NCBI GenBank assembly: GCA_963727445.1
Contig: CAVSGI010000009.1
Coordinates: 874,599-938,598, forward strand
Origin: an uncultured delta proteobacterium
Lineage (GTDB): Bacteria > Myxococcota_A > Polyangia > Polyangiales > B10-G4
Direction: 5' to 3'
Length of the DNA: 64,000 bases
Shown: one piece after another, positions 12,281 through 25,135 of the stretch
Numbering within the stretch: position 1 is the stretch's first letter
Layout of the letters: each line of letters starts with the position of its first letter
The notes under the pieces: generated by a model
The model's database searches: none
Seen by the model: the letters and a program-made list of their open reading frames with translations, nothing else
What the model was told of the DNA's origin: nothing
Position numbers and translations under genes: made by a program

Positions 12281-13594
12281 ATGCTCCTCGCCGTGAGGCG
12301 CTGCGCCCATCTCTCGATCGCTCTCGCTCTGCTCGCCACGTCGAGCGTCGCCTTCGCCCAGGCGGGCGGGCTCGGCGCGCCGCCGCCTCCGCCGGGCGGG
12401 ACGCCTCCAGCCGGGCAGCCGCAGGAGGGCGCCGAAGGCGGCGCCGCGGGGGAGGAGACCACGCCGGCCGCTGGAGGCGCGAGTGGCGAAGGGGAGGGGA
12501 CGGGTGCCGAAGGCCAAGGCACGCCCGCCGAAGGCGAGGGCGAGGGCACGCCCGCCGCGGGTGAGGGCGAGGGAACGCCCGCCGAGGGCGAAACGCCCCC
12601 TGGCGACACGCAGCCCGTGAACCAGCTCCAGCTCATCGTCATCGACGCCGCGCCCTACGGCATCGATCCGGTGGTCGGTCGTCACGTCTCGGATCAGATG
12701 CGCGCGACCGGCGCGGCCATGGGCTACACGGTGGTGTCGCCGGAGGCGACGGTGCAGGCCGCCCAGAGCCTTCAGATGCCCTATCCACCGAGCCCGGCCG
12801 ATCTGTGGCGCGTCAGCTACGCGAGCCAGTCGCAGCGTGGCGCCTTCGCCCGGGTGTGGGCGCACGGGGGCGTCTACGTCATCGAGATCACCGTCGCCAG
12901 CCTCGACAACAGCGGCCCCTTCATCTCGCGCGGAAACGCGGGCGCGTCGGATCTGCACGCGGTGGTGGATCAACTGCTCCGCGAGGCGCTGCCACCGCCC
13001 GACGCCTGGCAACCAGGCACGCCCACCGCCGGCGGGGCAACCAACTTCTCGCAGGGGATGACGCAGGCGCCGCAGGAGACCGAAGAAGAGCGCCTGGCCC
13101 GCGAGCAGGAAGAGGCCGAGCGGCGTGCGCGCGAAGAGGAGGATCGCCGTCGCACCGAAGAAGCCATGAAGTATCGCTGGCATCTGGTCCTACAGACCGA
13201 AGGGGCCATCGGGACCTCGCAGCAGGGCTTCTACAATCACCTGGTCGGCGCGCGCGTCGACTTCCGGGTCTCCCGCGCCATCCTCTTCGGCGTCTACTTC
13301 GCCTACGCCAACCTCGCAGGCAAGGGCGGCCGCGCCGACAACATCTACTTCTCGATCATGGCCGAGGATCGGATCCGGATCTCCTCTTCGAGCGACATCT
13401 CGATCCCGCTCCGCGTTCACCTGGGCTATCTGCCCTTCAACGGGCCCGTGATCCGGCTCTCGGCGGGGATCAACATTCCGCTCTCGAGTCGCTTCGAGTT
13501 GGGCTTCGACCTGCTCGCTCCGACCTTCTGGATCCTTCCGGACCGCACGGCGGTGTCGCTCAACGTGGCGGCCGAGCTGATCCTACGGCTCTGA
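12281..13594 (+). CDS. Secreted hypothetical protein with GEGEGTPA linker and probable C-terminal beta-barrel
   Basis: Signal peptide, low-complexity linker, alternating hydrophobic strands at the C-terminus. Confidence 0.65.
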   Translation: MLLAVRRCAHLSIALALLATSSVAFAQAGGLGAPPPPPGGTPPAGQPQEGAEGGAAGEETTPAAGGASGEGEGTGAEGQGTPAEGEGEGTPAAGEGEGTPAEGETPPGDTQPVNQLQLIVIDAAPYGIDPVVGRHVSDQMRATGAAMGYTVVSPEATVQAAQSLQMPYPPSPADLWRVSYASQSQRGAFARVWAHGGVYVIEITVASLDNSGPFISRGNAGASDLHAVVDQLLREALPPPDAWQPGTPTAGGATNFSQGMTQAPQETEEERLAREQEEAERRAREEEDRRRTEEAMKYRWHLVLQTEGAIGTSQQGFYNHLVGARVDFRVSRAILFGVYFAYANLAGKGGRADNIYFSIMAEDRIRISSSSDISIPLRVHLGYLPFNGPVIRLSAGINIPLSSRFELGFDLLAPTFWILPDRTAVSLNVAAELILRL

Positions 13595-13601
13595 GCCGGG
13601 G

Positions 13602-15950
13602 TCAGTTGGCCGCTTCGAACTGGAAGGGATAGGCGACGCGCACCTCGCCGCCGCCCTCCGGAGCGGGGAAGGTCCAACGCCGCACCGCCGCGACCAAACA
13701 CGACTCCACGGATTCGTTTCCGAGAGTGGAGCCATCGACCGTGGCGCTGGTGACCGAGCCGCTCGCCCCGACCACGAAGGAGACGGTCACCCGGCCCGCG
13801 AGGTTCGGGCTCTGTGCCAGCGCCCGCTCGTAGCAGTAGCGCGCTTCGTTGATGTGCCGGCGAATCACGCGGCGAATGACCTCGGGGCTCAGAGAGCCCT
13901 GGACCGCGCTCGAGCCGGTGCGAACGCGCGGGGTGGGCCGGTCGTCGCTGGGAGGCCGCATGGTCGGGGTGCCGCCGCTGGAGCCGATCCCGCCGAGGTC
14001 CGCGAGCCCGATGACGCCGCCGTTCCCGAGGAGCGCTTCGAGCGTTTCCTCCGCTTCCGCCACCGCGTCCGGGTTCCCCTGGAGCAGACCGAGCACGCCC
14101 GCCGCAGCATCCGCGGGCGGTAGCTCGCCCAGATAGAGCGCCGGGGTGAAGCCGCGCGCCTTCGCCAGGCCCACGAAGCGCGAGACGTCTGCTGCGCTCG
14201 CTCCCGGTGCGACGCGCAGGTAGGCGATGGGCTCCTGGGCGAAGTCGACGCGGCCGCCGAGGTCGTCTGGCGCGAGCCGAAGAGGAGCCCGCGACGAGGT
14301 GGGGCGTGGGGTGAGGGTGAGCTCTGTCGCTCCCGCTTCGATGGTGCCCCGATAGGACTCGGGATCGGCCGCCACGAATGCCATCGGCAACGACGATGGA
14401 AGCCGAACCTTCACCGACACGGGCTGCTCAATCATCGCGGCGACCAAGGGGAGCTGCGCTGCAACGGCAGCGCGGCCTTCGGGGGAGACGTCTCCCGGAA
14501 GCCCCGTCCACCAGATCGACTTCGCGCCGGCGGCTTCAGCGGATTCGATCACACGGCTGAGCGTGGCGTGGTCCGTGCGTCGATCGAACGCGAGGCTGAG
14601 GCTCGGCTCGGCCGAGGGGAGGGTCTCGGCGCCCTCTACTTGGCCGAGCATGCCGAGGAGGCCCGTCTGGGGAGGCGGCTCGTCGAGGTCTCCGCCCGCG
14701 GGGCTCACGAGCTGGTGCAGGCTCGCGGTGACCGCCTCCGCACCTGCACCGATGGGGACGGATGGCTGGCCCGCGAGGGGGACCAGGTTTCCTTCGAGCA
14801 CCAGCGCATGCACGGCCGGTGGCGTCTCCATCCCGCCGTCGGCGCCGTCGAGCGGCACGGGCTCGAAGCTCGGGTGGTCGCGCCAGGGCGGGCGCGCGAG
14901 CTCGGCGAGACCTGCCGGCGCCGCGCGAACGATGTACTCGTCGAGGCCGACCACGAGCAGCACCACCAAAGCCGACACGACGCCGCCGATCACCATGCCG
15001 GCGCTCACCTTGCTGCGCGTCGCCGACAGGCCGACGAGGGCGAGCAGTGGCACCACGCCGAGGACGATCCCCCACCGCGCGACGGCCGTCGCGGGGGCGA
15101 GCTCTTCGGCCGCGGCGACGAGCACCTCCATGCGTGCGTCCGGAGAGACCATCGCCAACGCGCTGAAAACCTCCATCCGCGCGGCGGTCGCGGCGGCGGC
15201 GGCCGCGGCGACGAAGGCCAGGGAGCCCGCGGCGACCGCGCCGACGGCGAGCGCTGCGCTCCGGTGCTTCGGTGCGTCGCTGCCCACCGCAGCGCCCGCG
15301 AGGCCGGCGGCGATGGTGGCGCCGAGCGCGACGGCGATGGGGGTGCTCGCCGCCATCGGGCTCACGGTCATCAGCCATCCACCGGCCCCGAGGAAGGGAA
15401 GGGCGAGCAGCGCGATGCCCGCCCCCAAAAGAGAACGATCCGGCGCGCGCTGGCCGAGCGCGGCGATGGCGAGCCCGAGGCTCGTGCCGAGGAGCGTGCC
15501 GGAGGCGACGCCGGCGCCGTAGAGGAGCGCGCCACTCGACTCCGCATAGCCCTGCGCGATCATCGGGGCGCGCGAGCTGGGATCTGCGAAGCTCAGCGCC
15601 TGCTCGACCATGTACATGCCGTAGCGATGGCCCGCGAGCCCGATGAGCCATGGCAAGGCCGCCGCGAAGAGCGCGAGCGCCGTGGGTACCCGCCGGCCCG
15701 TGCCTGCGACGCCGATCAGCGCGCCCGCCACGATCCCCGCGAAGGGTGCGGCGAGCATGATGAGATAGAAGGCGATCCCCGTCTGCTCAGCGAAGGCGAC
15801 CGCCTCGTCGGGCCCGCCAGCGCCCACCCAGGGCACGAGCAGGCAGCAGCCTGTCGAGAGCACCAGCGGCAGCGCGGCGGCGATCCCGGCGAGGGCCTTG
15901 CTCGGCTCTCTCGTGTCGGTCGGGACCTCCGGCGCCGGGTCGCGCGTCAT
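13602..15950 (-). CDS. Multi-TM protein with AgmX/PglI-like (TonB C-terminal-like) domain
   Basis: C-terminal IRRVIRRH...CYERAL...GRVTVSF...WTFPAP...YPF. Confidence 0.78.
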   Translation of the reverse strand: MTRDPAPEVPTDTREPSKALAGIAAALPLVLSTGCCLLVPWVGAGGPDEAVAFAEQTGIAFYLIMLAAPFAGIVAGALIGVAGTGRRVPTALALFAAALPWLIGLAGHRYGMYMVEQALSFADPSSRAPMIAQGYAESSGALLYGAGVASGTLLGTSLGLAIAALGQRAPDRSLLGAGIALLALPFLGAGGWLMTVSPMAASTPIAVALGATIAAGLAGAAVGSDAPKHRSAALAVGAVAAGSLAFVAAAAAAATAARMEVFSALAMVSPDARMEVLVAAAEELAPATAVARWGIVLGVVPLLALVGLSATRSKVSAGMVIGGVVSALVVLLVVGLDEYIVRAAPAGLAELARPPWRDHPSFEPVPLDGADGGMETPPAVHALVLEGNLVPLAGQPSVPIGAGAEAVTASLHQLVSPAGGDLDEPPPQTGLLGMLGQVEGAETLPSAEPSLSLAFDRRTDHATLSRVIESAEAAGAKSIWWTGLPGDVSPEGRAAVAAQLPLVAAMIEQPVSVKVRLPSSLPMAFVAADPESYRGTIEAGATELTLTPRPTSSRAPLRLAPDDLGGRVDFAQEPIAYLRVAPGASAADVSRFVGLAKARGFTPALYLGELPPADAAAGVLGLLQGNPDAVAEAEETLEALLGNGGVIGLADLGGIGSSGGTPTMRPPSDDRPTPRVRTGSSAVQGSLSPEVIRRVIRRHINEARYCYERALAQSPNLAGRVTVSFVVGASGSVTSATVDGSTLGNESVESCLVAAVRRWTFPAPEGGGEVRVAYPFQFEAAN

Positions 15951-15954
15951 CGAC

Positions 15955-16677
15955 TCAGAACCGCCCGCTCAGCGCATCGAGGCGGAGCTTCCACACCATC
16001 AGGATGGCTTCGGCGAAGATCTTCCGGCTCATCTTGCTCTGACCCGCGCGCCGGTCGACGAAGATGATCGGGACTTCCTTCACCGCGAATCCCTTGCGCA
16101 GCGCGCGATAGGTGAGCTCGATCTGAAACGAATATCCCTCGGAGCGCACGTCATCGAGGTCGATGGCGCGCAGCACGTCGGCGCGGAAGGCCTTGTAGCC
16201 ACTCGTGAGGTCGCGAACCGAGAGGCCGAGGATCGTCCGGCTGTAGAGCGAGCCGCCTTTCGAAAGGACGTGGCGCCCCACGCCCCAGCCTTCGACGCCG
16301 CCGCCTGGGATGTTCCGCGAGCCGATGACCACACCCGCACCGTCTTCGATCGCCGCGAGGAACTCCGGCAGGTAGCGCGGGTCGTGGCTGAGATCGGTGT
16401 CCATCTCGAGCACGACGTCGTAGTCACGCTCGAGACCCCAGCGGAAAGCGTCGAGATAGGCGCTGCCCAGCCCCATCTTGCCGGGCCGGTGCATCACGTG
16501 AACCCGCGCGTCCTCCTCGGCGATCCCGTCGGCCAGCTCCCCCGTCCCATCGGGGGAGTTGTCGTCCACGATCAGCACGTCCACCTCGGGAACGACGCGA
16601 AAGACGCTTTCGAGAAAGGGCTCGAGGTTCTCGCGCTCGTCGTAGGTCGGGGTGACGATGAGGACCCTGGGCGCCAT
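15955..16677 (-). CDS. Polyprenol monophosphomannose synthase (GT2, Ppm1/DPM1-like)
   Basis: PTYDEREN, VDDNSPDGT, MDTDLSH, DLTSGYK and GYSFQIE. Confidence 0.9.
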   Translation of the reverse strand: MAPRVLIVTPTYDERENLEPFLESVFRVVPEVDVLIVDDNSPDGTGELADGIAEEDARVHVMHRPGKMGLGSAYLDAFRWGLERDYDVVLEMDTDLSHDPRYLPEFLAAIEDGAGVVIGSRNIPGGGVEGWGVGRHVLSKGGSLYSRTILGLSVRDLTSGYKAFRADVLRAIDLDDVRSEGYSFQIELTYRALRKGFAVKEVPIIFVDRRAGQSKMSRKIFAEAILMVWKLRLDALSGRF

Positions 16678-16808
16678 GGCGGGCGCAAGCTAGCCCGGAT
16701 CGACCCCAACGGCTACGCCGAGTCCTCCATCGCCGAGATCCTGCTTGCACCCTGGTCTGTTTCGGGTATTCTGTGAATACAGAATATAGATAAGACGAGG
16801 TGTCCGAC

Positions 16809-17522
16809 ATGGCCCACCCCAAAAGGCAAGCGATCGTCGACGAGATCCCCAGCCGCTACAGCCCCACGCTTCACATCAGCCTCACGGTTGGCAGTGGGCT
16901 CGCGGTGCTGATCCTGGCGATGTTCATGATTCGGGAGCTGAGCTTCTACGAGCTGCTCACCGTTCCCGTGATGTGGCTCCTGGCCAATCTGGGGGAGTGG
17001 TACGCCCACAAGTACATCCTGCACCGGCGTGTGCCGGGGATGACCATCCTCTACGACCAGCACACCCCACGCCACCACGTGGTCTATCCGCACGACGAGA
17101 TGGCCATCGAGAGCCGTCGGGAGCTCCATCTCGTCCTGATCCCACCCTTCGGTGTCGCGATGATCACCCTGTCCGCCTCACCCTTCGCGGCGGCCTTCGG
17201 TTACTTCTGGTCAGCGAACGCGGGGTGGTTGGTGCTCGTAGCCGTAGCCTTGTACATGGTGTCTTATGAGGTCACCCACCTCCTCTATCACCTGCCCGAG
17301 GATCACTTCATCACGCGTTCACGCGCGGTTCGCTTTCTTCGAGAGCACCATCGCCGTCATCACGATCCGCGGTTGATGCAGCGCTGGAATTTCAACGTCA
17401 CGGTTCCTCTGTGGGACGTGATCCTCGGAACGCGCATCTCCGATGCGGCCTGGGCCGCGCACCTGGGCGAGGCGCAGCCCGTCCAAAACCCCGACCCCGA
17501 GGCTGCTCCCGTTCGCACCTGA
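16809..17522 (+). CDS. Fatty acid hydroxylase / sterol desaturase family protein
   Basis: His boxes HKYILH, HTPRHH, HLLYH and HHRRHH; NFNVTVPLWD. Confidence 0.85.
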   Translation: MAHPKRQAIVDEIPSRYSPTLHISLTVGSGLAVLILAMFMIRELSFYELLTVPVMWLLANLGEWYAHKYILHRRVPGMTILYDQHTPRHHVVYPHDEMAIESRRELHLVLIPPFGVAMITLSASPFAAAFGYFWSANAGWLVLVAVALYMVSYEVTHLLYHLPEDHFITRSRAVRFLREHHRRHHDPRLMQRWNFNVTVPLWDVILGTRISDAAWAAHLGEAQPVQNPDPEAAPVRT

Positions 17523-17570
17523 TTCGTCCGGTACGAGGTCCCAGACGAATTTCGTTGTAAGCTCAGGCGC

Positions 17571-18353
17571 ATGAGGCTCCTGAGTTGTGTCGTGCTCGCG
17601 GGGGGGATCTTCCTGATCTCACACGGGGCGGCGGCACAAGCGGCGGCCGGTGAGGACGCCGACGAGGAGGGAGCGCATTTTCTCCTCCGTCAGGGCCTCG
17701 AGTTGGTCGAGCACGGCGACTGGTCTCGCGCGGCGGATCGCTTTCGCACCGCGCTGCGCATGAGCCCGTCGCCAACGATCGAATATCACCTCGCGCGCTC
17801 GCTCTTCGAGCTCGGGCAGCTCAACGAGGCGGAAGAGCTGGTGGTCGCCATCCGAGCGCAGAGCGACGTTCCGGCCGAATTACAGGCGCAGGTCGAGGAG
17901 CTGGCGCAGCGAATTCCTTCGGGCGGCGGGACACTCACCATCCGCGTCGACGGGCCGAACGACGTCGAGATCTTTCTCGACAATCGTTCCCTGCCACCCT
18001 CGCGGCTTCAGGCGCCCATGACCGCCGCCATCGGCAGTCACATCGTCGAGGCACGCAGGGACCACGGGGTCCTCGCCCGTGAGGACGTGACCGTGAGCCG
18101 AGATACACCTGCGGAGGCCGTCCTCCACATCGCGGTCGCGGACGATCCCCTCGTCGGCAGCGGCGGCGAGAGCCCCGCAGCACCACAGGAGGAAGGATCT
18201 CTGCTGAGCGATTGGCGATTCTGGGCGATCGCCGGCGGGGCCGCGGTGGTGGTGGCGGCGGTCGTCATCATCCTCGCCGTGACCCTGAGCACGAGTCACG
18301 TCGAGGATCCCATCGTCGGTGACTTCCAACCGGGGGTGCTCACATGGCAGTGA
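17571..18353 (+). CDS. TPR plus PEGA-like domain exported protein
   Basis: Signal peptide, TPR-like helices, beta domain and C-terminal TM helix. Confidence 0.7.
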   Translation: MRLLSCVVLAGGIFLISHGAAAQAAAGEDADEEGAHFLLRQGLELVEHGDWSRAADRFRTALRMSPSPTIEYHLARSLFELGQLNEAEELVVAIRAQSDVPAELQAQVEELAQRIPSGGGTLTIRVDGPNDVEIFLDNRSLPPSRLQAPMTAAIGSHIVEARRDHGVLAREDVTVSRDTPAEAVLHIAVADDPLVGSGGESPAAPQEEGSLLSDWRFWAIAGGAAVVVAAVVIILAVTLSTSHVEDPIVGDFQPGVLTWQ

Positions 18354-19210
18354 GACGCCCAGCCGAGAGTGCGCCCCGTCCCCGCTGGCTCTTGCTCAGC
18401 CTCCTGCTGCTGTCCGCATGCGGAACCTCGCCGCGCACCGAGGTGGTCCTGCTGGTGTCGACGGATTACGCCGTGCCTTCCGAGGTCGACGCCTTCAACG
18501 CGACCGTCGACGCGCCGGACATGGAGATCCAGACCGCGAGCGCGACGCTGTCGAGCCCCTCCGATGAGCCGCGGACACTCGGGCTCGTCTACCGCGACGG
18601 ACCGCTCGGACCCTTCGACGCGACCATCCAGGGAATGCTTGGAGGTGGCGTGGTCGCTACTCGTCGCGCGCGCTTCACTTTTCAGGAAGGCCGCACCCTC
18701 GTGCTACGCATCCACCTCTCGCGCTCGTGTGAGAGCGTCCGCTGTGCAGGGGACGAGACCTGCGAGGACGGCGCCTGTCGACCCATCCTGGTCGCCCCCG
18801 ATGAGCTCCAGCCCTGGCCGCCCACCATGATGGATGCGGCGACCGATGCCTTGGATGGGGCCGTGGATTCGGCCCCGCCCGACGCCGCGATGGATGGGTC
18901 CATGGATTCCGGCCCGATGGACGCTGGGGTGGATGCCGAAGCGGGGACGTTGCCCACCTGCGACAGCCTCTTCGCCGATCGGGTCGACTACGACGCCTGC
19001 GACCAACGGCCCTCCGAGTGTGAGTTCTTTGCGAATCCCGCGTCGAACATGAGCTGTGGTCAAGTGTGTGCAGCCGCGGGCGAGACCTGCGTCAGCGCCT
19101 CCATCCCTGCCAACGACACCGGCCGCAACCGCTGCAACGCCGCCATGGCCAGCACCTGCGACGCGTTGGAGGACCTGCTTCTGTGTGTATGCTCGCGTAC
19201 ACCACGTTGA
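18344..19210 (+). CDS. Cys-rich hypothetical lipoprotein
   Basis: Lipobox LSAC; overlaps the upstream stop codon. Confidence 0.7.
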   Translation: MAVRRPAESAPRPRWLLLSLLLLSACGTSPRTEVVLLVSTDYAVPSEVDAFNATVDAPDMEIQTASATLSSPSDEPRTLGLVYRDGPLGPFDATIQGMLGGGVVATRRARFTFQEGRTLVLRIHLSRSCESVRCAGDETCEDGACRPILVAPDELQPWPPTMMDAATDALDGAVDSAPPDAAMDGSMDSGPMDAGVDAEAGTLPTCDSLFADRVDYDACDQRPSECEFFANPASNMSCGQVCAAAGETCVSASIPANDTGRNRCNAAMASTCDALEDLLLCVCSRTPR

Positions 19211-19254
19211 CGGAAGACCTCAGGTAGAGCGGATCATTTCCGGAAATTCGGTGT

Positions 19255-21339
19255 ATGCTCTCCGGGATGTCCGGGTCGCCCGAGTCCCCGGAAGACGAGG
19301 ACGTGAACGAGCCTGCTGGGAAGAAAGCGCCCGGCCTCACGCCCATCGCTCCGTCCAAAAAGCGTGACGAGCAACGCTCGGGGATCACGCCACGTCCATC
19401 GCCCGAAGCGATCGCGAAGCCGCCGGCGAAGAGCGGGAGCACGGCATCGACCGACAAGGACGACGCGAAGGACATCGATCGCGCGACGCAGAGCGAATCC
19501 GGCGTCGCTGCGGTGAAGAAGGCCATCGTTCCGCCCAAGGCCAAGCTGCCGGGCAAGCTGCCACCAACGCCCAAGGTCCCGAGCGTCGCGAAGTCGAAGA
19601 AGGACGAGGGTGAGGCGTCGAAGGCTGCGAAGCCCCCGCCGCCGAAGAAGGCCGAGAAGGAAGTCGAGAAGAAGGCGGAGCAGAAGGACGCAGTGGCAGC
19701 GCTCGGGTCGATGTCCTCGCCCTTCCCGGACGAGACGAAGGATCCGGAGGACTCGTCGGCCACGATGCGCCCTCCGGACGCGGGTGAGCTGTCGAACCCG
19801 AGCGAGCCGCTGCCCGTCGACGACTCTCTCGACATCTCCGTCGAGTCTCTCATCCCGGGCCCGATGGACGACCAGGATCCCTTCCTGACGTCGCTGCCGC
19901 CGTCAGCCATCGCGTTCGGCCGCTATCACCTCCTCGGCCGATTGGCGGTCGGTGGTATGGCGGAGATCTTCCTCGCCAACGAGCAGACCGAGGGCGGTGC
20001 TTCGCGTCACGTCGTGGTGAAGATGGCGCGCCCCCATCTGACGGAGCTCACCGGCTTCGACGACATGTTCACCAACGAGGGGCGCGTGGCCATGCGGCTC
20101 ACGCACCCGAACATCTGCCACGTCTACGAGTTCGGCAAGGAGCGCGGCCGTTACTTCATGGCGATGGAGTGGGTCAACGGCGTGTCGGTGCGCGATCTGA
20201 CGCGTCGAGCCAAGCAGCGGGGCGAGCAGCTGCCTCTCGACGTGGTGGTCAAGATCATCGCGCAGGTCGCGGACGCGCTCGACTACGCGCACCGCCTCCG
20301 GGACGCGCGCGGACGCTCGCTGAACATCGTCCATCGCGACGTCAGCCCTCACAACATCATGGTGAGCTACGACGGCGTGGTGAAGCTGCTCGACTTCGGT
20401 GTGGCCAAGGGTGGGCACACGAAGGAGACGACGCAGTCGGGCACCGTGAAGGGCAAGTTCAACTACATGTCGCCCCAGCAGTGCACGGGCCGCTCGATCG
20501 ACGGCCGCGCCGACATCTTCTCGCTCGGCGTCTGCTTGTGGGAGGCGCTGACGGCGAAGGCGCTATTCAAGCGGGAGACTCAGTACGAGACATTCAAGGC
20601 GATCATCGAGGACGAGGTCCCCGCGATCTCCAGTTTTCGCGACGACGTGCCGGAGGAGCTCGACCAGCTCCTCGGCAAGGCGCTCGCGAAGACGCTCGCC
20701 GATCGCTACAAGACCGCTGGCGAGTTCCACGACGACCTCGCTCACTTCCTGCAGAGGCGCGGTGAGGTGGTGTCGTCGTCCCGCTTGTCCCGCTACATGG
20801 AAGGCCTCTTCGAAGAGGAGATCGCGAACGGACCCGAGCTCGAGACCAGCGAGGAGATCTTCGCTCGGATCGCCCCTGCGGAATCCCTCAAGGCCGAGAG
20901 CGCCAAGCCCTCGACCGCGCCGAAGAACAAATGGCTCCTGCCGCTGGTCGCCGGCGTCCTCGGCGTGCTGGCCGGCGTCGTCCTGATCGTCACCCTCGCC
21001 TCCGACGGCGACGACCAGGCGAACACGAACAACCCTCAGATCGCCACGCCGCCACCGGAGACGGCTCCCCCCGACAATCCGCCCCCTGACACCACCATGG
21101 CGCAGATCGTCGAAGAGCCCGTGATGGAAGTCGAAGCCCCCGTCATGGACGTCGCCATGGACGAGATGGAAGAAGAAGAAGTGTCGGCCATGTCGGACGA
21201 AGAGGAAGTGGTCGGCGAGGGCTCGAGCGAAGAAGAAGACGGACACGAAGACGAGACCGAAGCCGGGATGCACCACCGGGGCATGCGGCGCTCCATGCGC
21301 TCCACGATGGGCGGCTTCGTCACCGATCCCGGCTTCTGA
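19255..21339 (+). CDS. Ser/Thr protein kinase with disordered N-terminus and TM helix
   Basis: GGMAEIF, HRDVSPHN, DFG, YMSPQ. Start codon uncertain. Confidence 0.9.
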   Translation: MLSGMSGSPESPEDEDVNEPAGKKAPGLTPIAPSKKRDEQRSGITPRPSPEAIAKPPAKSGSTASTDKDDAKDIDRATQSESGVAAVKKAIVPPKAKLPGKLPPTPKVPSVAKSKKDEGEASKAAKPPPPKKAEKEVEKKAEQKDAVAALGSMSSPFPDETKDPEDSSATMRPPDAGELSNPSEPLPVDDSLDISVESLIPGPMDDQDPFLTSLPPSAIAFGRYHLLGRLAVGGMAEIFLANEQTEGGASRHVVVKMARPHLTELTGFDDMFTNEGRVAMRLTHPNICHVYEFGKERGRYFMAMEWVNGVSVRDLTRRAKQRGEQLPLDVVVKIIAQVADALDYAHRLRDARGRSLNIVHRDVSPHNIMVSYDGVVKLLDFGVAKGGHTKETTQSGTVKGKFNYMSPQQCTGRSIDGRADIFSLGVCLWEALTAKALFKRETQYETFKAIIEDEVPAISSFRDDVPEELDQLLGKALAKTLADRYKTAGEFHDDLAHFLQRRGEVVSSSRLSRYMEGLFEEEIANGPELETSEEIFARIAPAESLKAESAKPSTAPKNKWLLPLVAGVLGVLAGVVLIVTLASDGDDQANTNNPQIATPPPETAPPDNPPPDTTMAQIVEEPVMEVEAPVMDVAMDEMEEEEVSAMSDEEEVVGEGSSEEEDGHEDETEAGMHHRGMRRSMRSTMGGFVTDPGF

Positions 21340-21428
21340 CGGCGTGGCCATCAGCCCCGAATCGGGCTATTTAGATTCCGCGGCCTCCGCCCTCGTGGCG
21401 GACGCTGCAGATCACCCGAGGCTCATTG

Positions 21429-23207
<1,779 letters not shown>

Positions 23208-23216
23208 TCGCGAGCC

Positions 23217-24513
23217 ATGCGCCTTCTGCGTTTGAGCGGACGCTTCATCCTGGTGGTGTGGGTGGTCCTCGGGTCGCTCTATCGCTGGGCGGCGGAGCGG
23301 GCGATCGCGGCGACGCTCACCCTCGAGGACGAAGACCGCCTCGCGGGGATCGAGTTGGCGCGCATGCTCGAGCGGCTCGGCGCCACCTACGTGAAGTTCG
23401 GGCAGATCCTCAGCACGCGCCCCGACCTGTTGCCCCCCGGCGTCATCCGGGGGCTTTCGCGGCTCCAGGACGCGGTGCCCCCAGGCCCTTTCAGCGCGGT
23501 CGAGCGGACGATTCGCGAAGATCTCGGGGCGCTGCGGAGCCGATTCGTCGAGCTCGACCCGACGCCCCTGGCGGCTGCGTCGGTAGCCCAGGTACATCGC
23601 GGGCGTCTCGAGAGCGGCGAGGAAGTGGCGGTCAAGGTGCAGCGCCGGGAGGCACGCGCGCAGATCGAGCGCGACCTGGTGTTGATGGAGATCGGCGCGC
23701 GGATCCTCCACCGGCTCCCGATGCTCCACCCCCTCTCGCTGCCCGGGATGGTGGAGCGCTTCTCCGAGGCGATGCACGGACAGCTCGACTTTCGGCGCGA
23801 GGCCGCGAACAACCGGCGCTTCGCCGAGAGCTTCGCCGACACTCCGGGCATCGACGTGCCGGCGCTCTTCGACGAGCTCTGCTCGGAGCGGGTGCTGACG
23901 ATGGCGCTCATCGACGGGGTGCGCGCCTCCGAGCCGGAGAAGGTGGGCGGTCATCGCGCGGAGCTCGCGCGGCGCGGGGCCGAGGCGGTGCTCGAGATGG
24001 TCTTCGTCGACGGATTCGTCCACGCCGATCTGCACCCGGGCAACATCCTGCTCACAGCCGACGGACGTTTCGTGATGATCGATCTCGGCCTGGTGGCGGA
24101 GATCCCGGACGACATGGTCAAGCCCTGGTGTCTGACCTTCATGGCCCTCGCGCAGCGCAACGGGGAGGAGCTGGCCCGGCTCTTCTACGTCTACGCACCG
24201 AGCGTGAGGAACGTGGACTACCTGGTCTTCCGCGACGAGAATCGTCGCTTTCTTCGACGGCTTCTACGGCAAGGCGCTGGGGGAGGTGGAGGTCAGCGCG
24301 GTCGTCGGCGGCGCCATGGCCGTGCTGCGCCGTCACCACGTCGCCATCGACCCGGTCTACACCGTCGTGAACATCGCGGTCCTCGTGGCCGAGGGGCTCG
24401 GGAAGCAGCTCGACCCCAGCGTGGACCTGGTCGAGATGGCCTTCCCCTATCTGGTGCGCGCCATCGCCGAATCGCCTCCTGGCAAGGCTCCCCTACGCGA
24501 CGTTCCGGCTTAG
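23217..24513 (+). CDS. AarF/UbiB/ABC1 atypical kinase, frameshifted near 24240
   Basis: VKFGQILSTRPDL, AASVAQVH and HADLHPGN; tail (EGLGKQLDP) in another frame. Confidence 0.85.
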
Positions 24514-24570
24514 AAACGCCCGGCTGGGCGCCGCCTGGCGACTCTGGGGATTCGTGATTAGGGTAGGGCC

Positions 24571-25095
24571 GTGTTGGGAAAGCTCTTCCTCCTCTTCACC
24601 GTCGTCCCTTTCGTGGAGCTCTACCTCCTGCTCCTCATCGGTGATCTCGTGGGTTTCTGGCCCACCGTCGCCATCGTCCTGACCACCGGGATCGTTGGCG
24701 CGTGGTTGGCCAAGAAGGAGGGCCTGCGCGTCTATCACAAGTGGCAGGAGGCGCTGGCCGAGTACCGCATGCCCGAAGAGGGCGTGCTCGGAGGAGTGCT
24801 GGTGCTCATCGGCGGCGTCCTCCTCGTGACACCCGGCGTGCTCACCGACATCACCGGCCTGCTCCTGCTCCTGCCGCCGACGCGCAAGCTCATCGCGGCC
24901 GTGGTGCGCAAGCGGATCGAGCGGCGCATCGAGGATGGATCGGTCCGCGTCGTGGGCTTCACGAGCGTCAGCGGCGTGGGCGGGATGGGCGGCGTGCGCC
25001 GGAGCTCCGCCCCGCCAGGGGTGATCGACGTCGAGGGTGAGGTCGTCGAGGAGAAGGCGAAGCAGCCCCCGCGACTTCTCGACGTCGAGGGCTGA
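24571..25095 (+). CDS. fxsA: FxsA family membrane protein
   Basis: LFTVVPFVELYLL and GGVLLVTPGVLTDITG. Confidence 0.88.
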   Translation: MLGKLFLLFTVVPFVELYLLLLIGDLVGFWPTVAIVLTTGIVGAWLAKKEGLRVYHKWQEALAEYRMPEEGVLGGVLVLIGGVLLVTPGVLTDITGLLLLLPPTRKLIAAVVRKRIERRIEDGSVRVVGFTSVSGVGGMGGVRRSSAPPGVIDVEGEVVEEKAKQPPRLLDVEG

Positions 25096-25135
25096 GGCCC
25101 TCCCTCTGCATGCCGTCCTCGGGTAATGTCGGGGG

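Noticed and set aside
12485..12600. Imperfect 24-27-bp repeats
   Set aside because: Coding low-complexity GEGEGTPA linker.
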